Assembly (NCBI GenBank): GCA_964016885.1
Contig: OZ024744.1
Span: 61,194,001 to 61,258,000, forward strand
Length of the DNA stretch: 64,000 nucleotides
Direction: 5' to 3'
DNA from: Eledone cirrhosa
Taxonomy: Eukaryota
Each line of letters starts with the position of its first letter. Within the stretch, counting starts at the first letter, position 1. Of this stretch, positions 44,473-58,050 are shown one piece after another. Position numbers and translations under genes: made by a program. The notes below the pieces were generated by a model that ran no database searches, had not been told where the DNA came from, and was given only the letters and a program-made list of their open reading frames with translations.

Positions 44473-45080
44473 TGGTGGCTGCCAACTCGTTTTCGAGTAC
44501 GGCCACTAATTTATATCCATGTAGGAGAACCCCGACCGATGCGCTGAACGAATGTGACTTTAGTCCAGCCAGCGACTTGAAAACTCTGGTACAAATGCTA
44601 CACTTGTGACAATTATTGACACTTAGTGCTGGGCCCATGGTATCATGTGACGACAAGTGCAGAGAGATCTCCAGATATAAAGCAATGCCTGTGCCGTGAA
44701 GCTTTTATAGTGAGCAAAGGCACTGCACAAAGCCAGTCCCACTCTCTTAACCAAGATGATATTTACCAAAAAGAAGAACAAGTCAACATCATTGGATACC
44801 ATCAGGGTTGCAGGTGTTATATCAGAGTTTTCCTTCTCCTAGAATTCTGCCTTGACAAAGGCTAAGGGGTCATCTCTCCCGGTGATTTTAGATGGCCATT
44901 GACTCTTAAGAGCTCCTTTGCCCTTTGACAGGTTTTGTTTTTAGTCTTGCAGGATGTCCAAAGTCACCCTCCTCACCAAGAAACCTTGGTGGGGTTGCCA
45001 GTTTAGTCGCCAACGACCCGACCATGAGACAGGTTGTACTGGGATACATGTTACCAGTAGCACCAACTGGTGACCTGACA
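44473..45080 (-). mobile_element. Bipartite non-autonomous RTE-derived element, copy 3
   Basis: Near-identical to 11392-12001. Confidence 0.82.
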
Positions 45081-45123
45081 CAACTGGCAATTCCTGGCAC
45101 TTCTTCACCCATACATACATACA

Positions 45124-45163
<40 letters not shown>

Positions 45164-45258
45164 CATACATATACATACATATACATACATATATATACAT
45201 ATATATATATATATACATACATATATATACATATACATATATATATACATACATATAT

Positions 45259-46085
45259 AGTTTTAATATAGATGAGATTCTACAGGACTAGAACTGTTTC
45301 ATTCATTAGAAATCATCAGGAATCTGGGTATCAAAAAATAAATATGGTATTTATAGGTCTCTACAAGTGGTAGGAGAGGGTGGGGAGTTGGATGGGTGCA
45401 GGTCATTGGTTGATAGAAAAGGGAATTCATTAAAAGCTAATTCTACAAAGCTATAGTTAATTTTTATTTTTATTTATATTTATTTATGTTTTTAGAGTAA
45501 CAAAGGCAGGCAGAATTCTATAAACAGGTTCCGGATGGCATACCATTCCTTGTCAATAAGTTTATCTTAAGCTAACAGATGTCTATAAAATCAGTGGGGG
45601 GTCAGTCAAGCTCGATAGAATTAAAGAAGAGGGAGATTCTTTAAAAGCTAAAGTCATTAAGGTTCTACTATGTGACAAAGGTCTAGGGAATTCTGCAGAC
45701 AGATTCAAAATACTGAGTGCATATCTTACTATTATCTTCGAACTTCTCTTAAACTAATCAACAATATGCCAAAATCAACAGACACATTCACAAAAAAACA
45801 AAAAAAACAAAAAAACACAAAAAAACAAAAAAACAGAAAAACAAAAAAACTGCATGCACAAGAACTTTGCAACATTCAAACACTTTAAGCCAGTGTTAAA
45901 GCCCGATGGCTAAAAACGACCTCCCCCTACTGGCCCCTATACCTCCTCCCCACCCCTCCTCAACCTGAAATACGGCCACTATGGTCATGTGAGTACCTCT
46001 TTCGTATCTACATTTTCTGCCTGTAGAGGTGTCTTTATGTGCCTGTGTATATGCGTATATTTATTGAGTACCTATTTACTTGTAT
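45259..46085 (+). mobile_element. Left part of a split Penelope-like element: inverted arm (45259-45850) + last 20 codons + start of 3' UTR
   Basis: The arm is the reverse complement of about 54926-55506. 45851-45913 reads CMHKNFATFKHFKPVLKPDG*, resembling CLHKFHRTFHK at the end of the 8012-9427 ORF. Confidence 0.72.
45275..45325 (-). ncRNA. Type I hammerhead ribozyme (HHR family 8)
   Basis: Reverse complement of 55441-55491. Confidence 0.78.
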
Positions 46086-46120
46086 GTGTATATATTTGTT
46101 TGTATATGTGTATATGTGTA

Positions 46121-46185
<65 letters not shown>

Positions 46186-46360
46186 GTGTGTATGTATATA
46201 TGTATATATATATGTTTGTGTGTATATGTGTTTTATGTGTGTATATTTATGTAGGTATATGTATGTATGTGTTTGTGTATATGTATGTATGTATGTATAT
46301 GTGTATGTATATATGTATATATATATATGTGTATGTGTATGTATATATGTATATATATAT

Positions 46361-46933
46361 ATGTATCCCAGTACAACCTGTTTCATGGTCGGGTCGTTGG
46401 CGACTAAACTGGCAACCCCACCAAGGTTTCTTGGTGAGGAGGGTGACTTTGGACATCCTGCAGGACTAAAAACAAAACCTGTCAAAGGGCAAAGGAGCTC
46501 TTAAGAGTCAATGGCCATCCAAAATCACCGGGAGAGATGACCCCTTAGCCTTTGTCAAGGCAGAATTCTAGGAGAAGGAAAACTCTGATATAACACCTGC
46601 AACCCTGATGGTATCCAATGATGTTGACTTGTTCTACTTTTTGGTAAATATCATCTTGGTTAAGAGAGTGGGACTGGCTCTGTGCAATGCCTTTGCTCAC
46701 TATAAAAGCTTCATGGCACAGGCATTGCTTTATATCTGGAGATCTCTCTGCACTTGTCACATGGTACCATGGGCCCAGCACTATGTGTCAATAATTGTCA
46801 CAAGTGTAGTGTTTGTACCAGAGTTATCAAGTCGCTGGCTGGACTCAAAAGTCACACTCGTTCAGCGCATCGGTAGGGGTTCTCCTACATGGATATAAAG
46901 TAGTGGCCGTACTCGAAAACGAGTTGGCAGCCA

Positions 46934-46936
<3 letters not shown>
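46361..46936 (+). mobile_element. Bipartite non-autonomous RTE-derived element, copy 4 (5' truncated)
   Basis: Opposite orientation to the other four copies. Confidence 0.82.
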
Positions 46937-48157
<1,221 letters not shown>

Positions 48158-48560
48158 CATCATCATCATCATCATCATCATCAACGTTTAACGTCCGTGT
48201 TCCATGCTTGCATGGGTTTGGACGGGGGTAGTCCCACTTGAGGCAAGAGTGATTGTCTTGCTCGCATAGGACTGTCTGGCAGGTTTTCTACAGTTGGATG
48301 CCCTTCCTAACACCAACCACATTTACAGTGTGGGTCTGGGAGGTTTTTACCGTGTTGCCTACACGGCCACATTACAGCGTGGACTGTGTGTTTTTTTGTC
48401 GTGACACCTACACGATCTCATTTGTTTCGGCCTCGATGGCGCGGCACCAACATAACTTTACATAGAACGGGGTGGTGTGGATCGGGTGGGGGTGGTGGTG
48501 GTGGGACGGGGTGTATTTTGTTAGAGATGCCTACTGGCTGGAGTAGGTTTTACTATATAT

Positions 48561-51500
48561 TTAGGTAAGGCGGGTCTTCTCTGTTACTGAGTACCGCCAA
48601 AGGTCTCGGTCCAGTGACATTGTCTTGGAGAGGTGTAAGTGTGTGATGTCGGAGTTTATCAGCTCGTCCCAGGTTTTTCTAGGTCTGCCTATTCCGTGAC
48701 TACCGTCTATCTTTATTGCCCTGCACTTTGTTATACAGCTATCGACTTTCATGCGCATCACGTGTCCATACCAACGTAGCCTTCTCTCGAGTAAACAACA
48801 TCTGATCCCTCTTATCTCTAATTTTTTCCTTAGTTCGTTTATGCTTTGCCGTTCACGTATATTACTGTTACACATCCAGCGGAGCATGCAAGCTTCGTTT
48901 CTCTCTAGTCTGCGTATATCCTCTGCACACAATGCCCAGGTCTCACTGCCATGCAGCATTGCTGTTCGTATGCAGGCATCGTACAACCTGCCTTTCATTT
49001 TTAGTGAGATCCCTTTAGCAGCTAATAGTGGTATAAGCTCTCTGAACTTTTTCCAACCAGTTCTGACTCTAGCTACAGTACTTTCAGAGCACCCTCCCCC
49101 ACTGCTGATTTTATCGCCCAGGTAACGGAAGCTGTCCACTATTTCTATAGAACCCTCTGCGCAATTGAAAGAGCTAGTAGTTTGTGGGCACTTGCTGCTA
49201 CTTATTGCACCAGAGCACCGGCCACATGTAAAATCTATGTTCTTAGTTAGCTTACCTGTGATCCCACTACATCTTTTATGCACCCATACTTTGCATTTAG
49301 GACATAAAATGGAGTTTCTACCTACGCCTTTCCTACACACCGAGCACGACCATTTCCCAGAAGGGACCGCCGCCTTGTTTTCTTTCCTACAAACTAGTAC
49401 TTTGGTCTTAGCCAGGTTAATTTTAAGTCCTTTTGACTCTAGGCCGTGCTTCCATGTTTGGAATTTCTTCTCTAGCTCGGCCATTGATTCCGCTATGAGT
49501 GTCGGGTCGTCTGCGTATAGGAGTTCCCATGGGCAGCCTGTCTTGAACTCCTCTGTTATAGCCTGAAGGGCAATAATAAATAGTAGTGGACTGAGAACAG
49601 AGCCCTGATGGACGCCAACTTTTACGCTAAACTCTTCACTATATTCGTTGTTAATTCTAACCTTGCTGACTGTTTCTTTATACATGGCTTGTATAGCCCT
49701 CACAAGCCATTCGTCAACGCCTAGTTTTCTAAGAGCCCACCAGATAATGGAGCGGGGGACTCTGTCGAAGGCTTTCTCCAAGTCGACAAAAGCTAAGTAG
49801 AGGGGTTTACCTTTAGCTAGGTACTTCTCCTGTAGTTGTCGTACTATGAAAAGAACGTCTGTGGTACTTTTGCCTGACACAAACCCGAACTGCATTTCAT
49901 CTAGGTCAATTCTCTCTCTGATTAGTTGCGCTATTACTTTTTCCGTGACCTTCATGACCTGGTCGATTAATTTAATGCCTCTATAGTTACTCCTATCTAG
50001 GGCGTCTCCTTTACCCTTATAACAGTTAACGATGATGCTGCTATGCCAGTCCTTCGGAACAACCCCATTCTGTACGACTTGGTTAACTATGCGGGTGACC
50101 ATGGTGTGACCCACCGTGCCAGATGCCTTCAGCATCTCAGCAACTATTTCCGAAGGCCCAGCCGCCTTACCAGTCTTCATATCCTTGATTGCCTTACTTA
50201 TTATACTCCCCTCGACTAACACTGCTGGTCCCTCTATTGGGTCGATATGGGGGAGACTGCCTTTCTCCCAATTATTCTCCTCATTTAGTAGCCTTTCATA
50301 GTGACACTTCCAAGCTACCTTCTTATCAGCGTCGGTGATGGCAAGTGTGCCATCGTCGTTTAGTACACACTTCTCCCCGACAATATCACGGTTTTCCTTG
50401 ACGCATTGCCTAGCAATCCTAAACACCTCACGTTTTTGGTCATCGCGTTGTAGAACATGCTTGAACTTTCTTTCCTCAGCTTCCCTTCTTGCTAAGTACA
50501 CTTGTCTCCTAGCTTCCCTCCTGGCCACTTGATAGTCCTCTCTACTTCCCCCATCCCGCCATACTTTCCAAGCCTGCTTTTTGGCCTTAATTGACCCCTC
50601 CACCTTACTGTTCCACCACCATGTTACTCTCCTCCTGCCTACAGGCCTGCTCCAGCCACAGACCTCGTCTGTCGCCAACAGCAGGTTTGCTTTCAGAAAT
50701 TCCCACTCTCCCTCTATATTGTCCGACTCTAAATGTTCTTCCTTACTGTCGAAAGCATCAAGTAATATGCTTTGAAATTTATTCCTGGCTGTGGGGTCCT
50801 TTAGCTTCCATATTTTCCTCCTGAGGATAGTCCTCTTCTGTTGTCGAGTACGTCTCGTCCTGACTATGAGGTCGCTAATTATCAGTCTATGTTGGGAGGT
50901 GCATTCTTCATGGGGGAGGGATTTAGTGTTAACAACAGACACTCTGTCACGTCTTCTGGTAAGGATATAATCTACCTGGCTTGTGTGTTCCCCGGATCTA
51001 TAGGTGATCAGGTGATTGTCACGTTTTTTGAAGTTAGTGTTACAGATAGTTAGGTTATTTGCATCACAGAATTCCAGGATTCTGGCGCCTTCCTCATTTC
51101 TAGTACCAAACCCATAGCCTCCATGGATTTCGTCGTAGCCGTCACAATGTTGTCCAACGTGACCATTTAGGTCGCCTGCGATAATTATATAGTCACTGTC
51201 GGATATTTGGGAGGTAGTTAGCATCAGTGTCTCATAGAATCTGTCTTTTATAGTGCCGGGCAGTCCGGATTGGGGTGCGTACGCAGATATTTCTGTCACC
51301 ATAGTTCTATTGAGGACAAGTCGTATTTTAATTATTCTGTCGTTCACTCTATTTACGTCTATTATCTTATCTGCCCACTTTTCTGCTACCATGATTCCTA
51401 CTCCACCCAGCTCATCGTCGTTTCCCACCCAGAAAAGCTTATAACATCGTTTTTTACCCTCAATGAACCTAGCAGACCCACCCCTCCACCTGGTCTCTTG

Positions 51501-51731
51501 AATACAACAAACATCGACCTCCTTACGTTCAAGCATTTCTACAACCTTGTTAGCGCGACCCTTTAGGGTGCCTACATTTATGGTACCAACTCTGAAGTTT
51601 TGGATTGCGTTTGGGGGTTGGGGGCGGTGAGGGGCGGGGGGCGATGGGGTTATGTTAGCCGTCCGCGGTCGAAACAATGAGGAGTGCTCGCATTCTCGTC
51701 CAAGAGGTGAATTTGTCTTTATCTTTGGCAT
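48561..51731 (-). CDS. RTE-clade APE endonuclease-reverse transcriptase polyprotein with PHD finger (1056 aa from MPKIK; frame open to 52001)
   Basis: TINVGTL, IQETRW, AYAPQ, GDLNGH, VDYIL, SQHRL; [37 protein letters not shown]; C4HC3 finger; YLG, RLRWYGH, GRPRKTW. The MPKIK ATG is conserved in the copies at 12700 and about 58669. Confidence 0.93.
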   Translation of the reverse strand: MPKIKTNSPLGRECEHSSLFRPRTANITPSPPAPHRPQPPNAIQNFRVGTINVGTLKGRANKVVEMLERKEVDVCCIQETRWRGGSARFIEGKKRCYKLFWVGNDDELGGVGIMVAEKWADKIIDVNRVNDRIIKIRLVLNRTMVTEISAYAPQSGLPGTIKDRFYETLMLTTSQISDSDYIIIAGDLNGHVGQHCDGYDEIHGGYGFGTRNEEGARILEFCDANNLTICNTNFKKRDNHLITYRSGEHTSQVDYILTRRRDRVSVVNTKSLPHEECTSQHRLIISDLIVRTRRTRQQKRTILRRKIWKLKDPTARNKFQSILLDAFDSKEEHLESDNIEGEWEFLKANLLLATDEVCGWSRPVGRRRVTWWWNSKVEGSIKAKKQAWKVWRDGGSREDYQVARREARRQVYLARREAEERKFKHVLQRDDQKREVFRIARQCVKENRDIVGEKCVLNDDGTLAITDADKKVAWKCHYERLLNEENNWEKGSLPHIDPIEGPAVLVEGSIISKAIKDMKTGKAAGPSEIVAEMLKASGTVGHTMVTRIVNQVVQNGVVPKDWHSSIIVNCYKGKGDALDRSNYRGIKLIDQVMKVTEKVIAQLIRERIDLDEMQFGFVSGKSTTDVLFIVRQLQEKYLAKGKPLYLAFVDLEKAFDRVPRSIIWWALRKLGVDEWLVRAIQAMYKETVSKVRINNEYSEEFSVKVGVHQGSVLSPLLFIIALQAITEEFKTGCPWELLYADDPTLIAESMAELEKKFQTWKHGLESKGLKINLAKTKVLVCRKENKAAVPSGKWSCSVCRKGVGRNSILCPKCKVWVHKRCSGITGKLTKNIDFTCGRCSGAISSSKCPQTTSSFNCAEGSIEIVDSFRYLGDKISSGGGCSESTVARVRTGWKKFRELIPLLAAKGISLKMKGRLYDACIRTAMLHGSETWALCAEDIRRLERNEACMLRWMCNSNIRERQSINELRKKLEIRGIRCCLLERRLRWYGHVMRMKVDSCITKCRAIKIDGSHGIGRPRKTWDELINSDITHLHLSKTMSLDRDLWRYSVTEKTRLT

Positions 51732-51961
51732 TGTCGCTGAGCGTCCAGATTTTTCTCTCTCACCTCCACTCTCCAGGATTCCGCAGTCCATCCATCCATC
51801 ATATATCGTATATCGAAAGGCAACCAGGCAAGCGATAGTATAGGCCTCTGGTTTCTGATTGGTCCGCGTAATAATACTGGTGATGCGTGGGGGCTCTGTT
51901 TTATGATTGGTCCACGTAATAGCAATGGTGGTGCGTGGGGGTGGGAGGGAGGGGTGTTGGG

Positions 51962-54654
51962 TAGCTAGCAAGAAGGTAATGATTGAGTGGGGTCCATGCA
52001 TTTTAACAAGCGATTAACAAAAATACAAAATTTGTTCTGTTAAATACGTCCAAAAACCTACGTATTTAGCAATTAATAGAAACAGAAAATGTAGTTTGTT
52101 TTAGCGATAGATTGGCTATTTGGACTTGATACGAAATATGGATTGTTTTGAAAAGGGAGAGGAGAGAGAGAGAGAGAGATGAAGTCTGTACATTACGTTT
52201 ACATGAATATCGTGTGGACAGCAAGCAATGAAATGAAATTTGGCGAAGTGAATTCCTATCATATATTTATAGGGAGAGAGAGAGCGAGGGGAGGGGGCCA
52301 CATGATGGCTGTGAGTGTTAGGCGTTTGACCGCCCCGTGCCTTCGAAGAAGGAAGAAGGAAAGGATTTTGTTTTTTTTGTTTTGAAGATACGCTAGAATT
52401 AGGGATTGGGGTTTGAAAATACGTTAGGAATTAAGGTTTGAAAATAGCTAGCAAGAAGGTAATGATTGAGTGGGGTCCATGCATTTTAACAAGCGATTAA
52501 CAAAAATACAAAATTTGTTCTGTTAAATACGTCCAAAAACCTACGTATTTAGCAATTAATAGAAACAGAAAATGTAGTTTGTTTTAGCGATAGATTGGCT
52601 ATTTGGACTTGATACGAAATATGGATTGTTTTGAAAAGGGAGAGGAGAGAGAGAGAGAGAGAGAGAGAGATGAAGTCTGTACATTACGTTTACATGAATA
52701 TCGTGTGGACAGCAAGCAATGAAATGAAATTTGGCGAAGTGAATTCCTATCATATATTTATAGGGAGAGAGAGAGAGCGAGGGGAGGGGGCCACATGATG
52801 GCTGTGAGTGTTAGGCGTTTGACCGCCCCGTGCCTTCGAAGAAGGAAGAAGGAAAGGATTTTGTTTTTTTTGTTTTGAAGATACGCTAGAATTAGGGATT
52901 GGGGTTTGAAAATACGTTAGGAATTAAGGTTTGAAAATAGCTAGCAAGAAGGTAATGATTGAGTGGGGTCCATGCATTTTAACAAGCGATTAACAAAAAT
53001 ACAAAATTTGTTCTGTTAAATACGTCCAAAAACCTACGTATTTAGCAATTAATAGAAACAGAAAATGTAGTTTGTTTTAGCGATAGATTGGCTATTTGGA
53101 CTTGATACGAAATATGGATTGTTTTGAAAAGGGAGAGGAGAGAGAGAGAGAGAGATGAAGTCTGTACATTACGTTTACATGAATATCGTGTGGACAGCAA
53201 GCAATGAAATGAAATTTGGCGAAGTGAATTCCTATCATATATTTATAGGGAGAGAGAGAGCGAGGGGAGGGGGCCACATGATGGCTGTGAGTGTTAGGCG
53301 TTTGACCGCCCCGTGCCTTCGAAGAAGGAAGAAGGAAAGGATTTTGTTTTTTTTGTTTTGAAGATACGCTAGAATTAGGGATTGGGGTTTGAAAATACGT
53401 TAGGAATTAAGGTTTGAAAATAGCTAGCAAGAAGGTAATGATTGAGTGGGGTCCATGCATTTTAACAAGCGATTAACAAAAATACAAAATTTGTTCTGTT
53501 AAATACGTCCAAAAACCTACGTATTTAGCAATTAATAGAAACAGAAAATGTAGTTTGTTTTAGCGATAGATTGGCTATTTGGACTTGATACGAAATATGG
53601 ATTGTTTTGAAAAGGGAGAGGAGAGAGAGAGAGAGAGAGAGAGAGATGAAGTCTGTACATTACGTTTACATGAATATCGTGTGGACAGCAAGCAATGAAA
53701 TGAAATTTGGCGAAGTGAATTCCTATCATATATTTATAGGGAGAGAGAGAGAGCGAGGGGAGGGGGCCACATGATGGCTGTGAGTGTTAGGCGTTTGACC
53801 GCCCCGTGCCTTCGAAGAAGGAAGAAGGAAAGGATTTTGTTTTTTTTGTTTTGAAGATACGCTAGAATTAGGGATTGGGGTTTGAAAATACGTTAGGAAT
53901 TAAGGTTTGAAAATAGCTAGCAAGAAGGTAATGATTGAGTGGGGTCCATGCATTTTAACAAGCGATTAACAAAAATACAAAATTTGTTCTGTTAAATACG
54001 TCCAAAAACCTACGTATTTAGCAATTAATAGAAACAGAAAATGTAGTTTGTTTTAGCGATAGATTGGCTATTTGGACTTGATACGAAATATGGATTGTTT
54101 TGAAAAGGGAGAGGAGAGAGAGAGAGAGAGATGAAGTCTGTACATTACGTTTACATGAATATCGTGTGGACAGCAAGCAATGAAATGAAATTTGGCGAAG
54201 TGAATTCCTATCATATATTTATAGGGAGAGAGAGAGCGAGGGGAGGGGGCCACATGATGGCTGTGAGTGTTAGGCGTTTGACCGCCCCGTGCCTTCGAAG
54301 AAGGAAGAAGGAAAGGATTTTGTTTTTTTTGTTTTGAAGATACGCTAGAATTAGGGATTGGGGTTTGAAAATACGTTAGGAATTAAGGTTTGAAAATAGC
54401 TAGCAAGAAGGTAATGATTGAGTGGGGTCCATGCATTTTAACAAGCGATTAACAAAAATACAAAATTTGTTCTGTTAAATACGTCCAAAAACCTACGTAT
54501 TTAGCAATTAATAGAAACAGAAAATGTAGTTTGTTTTAGCGATAGATTGGCTATTTGGACTTGATACGAAATATGGATTGTTTTGAAAAGGGAGAGGAGA
54601 GAGAGAGAGAGAGATGAAGTCTGTACATTACGTTTACATGAATATCGTGTGGAC
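51962..54654. repeat. Tandem array of RTE 5' UTR monomers (483/493 bp alternating; 5 full + 1 partial)
   Basis: Unit starts (tagctagcaagaagg) at 51962, 52445, 52938, 53421, 53914, 54397. Confidence 0.96.
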
Positions 54655-54889
54655 GTGTTTGTATATATATGTATATGTGTATATATATATATATATGTGT
54701 ATATATATGTATATATATATATATATATATGTGCGTATGTATATGTGTATATGTATTTTATATATGTATGTATGTATGTATGTGTGTATGTATGTGTGTG
54801 TACATGAATATATATTTTTATATATATTTATATATTTTTTATATATGTGTGTGTGTTTTTATGTGTGTATATGTGTTTGTGTGTGTGTT

Positions 54890-55574
54890 TATGGTTGCGC
54901 GTAAGTGTGTGAGTGAGTATGTGTGTTTTTTTGTTTTTCTGTTTTTTTGTTTTTTTGTGTTTTTTTGTTTTTTTGTGAATGTGTCTGTTGATTTTGGCAT
55001 ATTGTTGATTAGTTTAAGAGAAGTTCGAAGATAATAGTAAGATATGCACTCAGTATTTTGAATCTGTCTGCAGAATTCCCTAGACCTTTGTCACTTAGTA
55101 GAACCTTAATGACTTTAGCTTTTAAAGAATCTCCCTCTTCTTTAATTCTATCGAGCTTGACTGACCCCCCACTGATTTTATAGACATCTGTTAGCTTAAG
55201 AGAAACTTATTGACAAGGAATGGTATGCCATCCGGAACCTGTTTATAGAATTCTGTCTGCCTTTGTTACTCTAAAAACATAAATAAATATAAATAAAAAT
55301 AAAAATTAACTATAGCTTTGTAGAATTAGCTTTTAATGAATTCCCTTTTCTATCAACCAATGACCTGCACCCATCCAACTCCCCACCCTCTCCTACCACT
55401 TGTAGAGACCTATAAATACCATATTTATTTTTTGATACCCAGATTCCTGATGATTTCTAATGAATGAAACAGTTCTAGTCCTGTAGAATCTCATCTATAT
55501 TAAAACTGTTATACTCTGCTATGTATTGAGTACCTTACTTACTGTGGTTACCTCCGATTCAACCCGGAATAACG
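54890..55574 (+). mobile_element. Right part of split Penelope-like element (3' UTR, hammerhead, tail)
   Basis: Inverted near-identical partner of 45259-45850 plus an extra ~70-bp tail. Confidence 0.75.
55441..55491 (+). ncRNA. Type I hammerhead ribozyme (HHR family 8)
   Basis: agattc-CTGATGA(55447-53)-t-ttc-taat-gaa-t-GAAA(55466-69)-cag-ttctagtc-ctg-TA-gaatct. Confidence 0.78.
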
Positions 55575-55718
55575 TACATACATATATATATATACATACA
55601 TATATATATATACATATATATATATATACATACACATATATATATACATACATATATATATATATATACATACATATATAAATATATATACATACATATA
55701 TAAATATACACATACATA

Positions 55719-56357
55719 TGGTGGCTGCCAACTCGTTTTCGAGTACGGCCACTACTTTACATCCATGTAGGATAACCCCTACCGAAGCGCTGAACGAGTG
55801 TGACTTTTTAGTCCAGCCAGCGACTTGAAACCTCTGGTACAAACACTACACCTGTGACAATTATTGACACATAGTGCTAGGCCCATGGTAGGACAATTAT
55901 TGACACATAGTGCTGGGCCCATGTGAGGACAAGTGCAGAGAGATCTCCAGATATAAAGCAATGCCTGTGCCGTGAAGCTTTTATAGTGAGCAAAGGCACT
56001 GCACAAAGCCAGTCCCACTCTCTTAACCAAGATGCTATTTACCAAAAAGAAGAACAAGTCAACATCATTGGATACCATCAGGGTTGCAGGTGTTATATCA
56101 GAGTTTTCCTTCTCCTAGAATTCTGCCTTGACTAAGGCTAAAGGGGTCATCTCTCCCGGTGATTTTGGATGGCCATTGACTCTTAAGAGCTCCTTTGCCC
56201 TTTGACAGGTTTTGTTTTTAGTCCTGCAGGATGTCCAAAGTCACCCTCCTCACCAAGAAACCTTGGTGGGGTTGCCAGTTTAGTCGCCAACGACCCGACC
56301 ATGAGACAGGTTGTACTGGGATACATGTTACCAGTAGCACCAACTGGTGACCTGACA
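55719..56357 (-). mobile_element. Bipartite non-autonomous RTE-derived element, copy 5
   Basis: As copy 2, with a ~37-bp internal tandem duplication near 55856-55923. Confidence 0.82.
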
Positions 56358-56462
56358 CATACATATATATATATATATACATACATATATATATATACAT
56401 ATATATATATACATACATATATATATATATATATACATACATATATATATATATATACATAC

Positions 56463-56571
<109 letters not shown>

Positions 56572-56658
56572 CATATATATATATATACATACATATATAT
56601 ATATATACATACATATATATATATATACATACATATATATATATATACATATATATAT

Positions 56659-56699
<41 letters not shown>

Positions 56700-56796
56700 C
56701 ATATATATATATATATACATACATATATATATATATACATACATACATATATATATATACATACATATATATATACATATATATATATATACATAC

Positions 56797-56841
<45 letters not shown>

Positions 56842-56882
56842 CATACATACATACATATATACATACATACATACATACAGAT

Positions 56883-56915
<33 letters not shown>

Positions 56916-57013
56916 CATACATATATATATATACATGTATATATTTATATACACATACATAAATATATATATATATATATAAGAACAAAAGATGGTTAAA
57001 GGAGTTCCATGTA

Positions 57014-57080
57014 TTTTATTATGCGCATTTCAAAAACAAATATCATCATGCAATAATATTTGTGTTTTCATCAGATAAAA
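57014..57080 (-). ncRNA. Type I hammerhead ribozyme (HHR family 2)
   Basis: Reverse complement of 57183-57249. Confidence 0.8.
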
Positions 57081-57182
57081 CAGGAGGACATGATATGAAG
57101 GCTAAAAAACACTTGTGGATAGTTCAGTTTTAAAACTGCACTATCCACAAGTGTTTTTTAGCCTTCATATCATGTCGTCCTG

Positions 57183-57249
57183 TTTTATCTGATGAAAACA
57201 CAAATATTATTGCATGATGATATTTGTTTTTGAAATGCGCATAATAAAA
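57183..57249 (+). ncRNA. Type I hammerhead ribozyme (HHR family 2)
   Basis: ttttat-CTGATGA(57189-95)-long helix II-GAAA(57232-35)-tgcgca-TA-ataaaa. Confidence 0.82.
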
Positions 57250-57378
57250 TACATGGAACTCCTTTAACCATCTTTTGTTCTTATATATTATGTATACTCC
57301 AGTCCTACAAACTGTAGAGTGCTTCTTATCCGATATCTGCATTGCTTTATTGTACTACAATAAAACTCACCTCCTACA

Positions 57379-58050
<672 letters not shown>

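Larger units (their letters stand above)
48158..54654 (-). mobile_element. RTE family A LINE, full length, with tandemly amplified 5' UTR
   Basis: (GAT)n tail at about 48158-48182, 3' UTR, single uninterrupted ORF, 5' UTR array 51962-54654. Confidence 0.95.
56981..57378 (+). mobile_element. Penelope-like fold-back: ~300-bp spacerless palindrome (56981-57282) + tail; same family as 10376-10530
   Basis: Centre cagtttt|aaaactg at 57131/57132. Arms differ at only a few positions. Confidence 0.85.

Noticed and set aside
51962-54654. CRISPR-like array or repeated small ORFs
   Set aside because: No unique spacers; long identical units homologous to the RTE 5' UTR.
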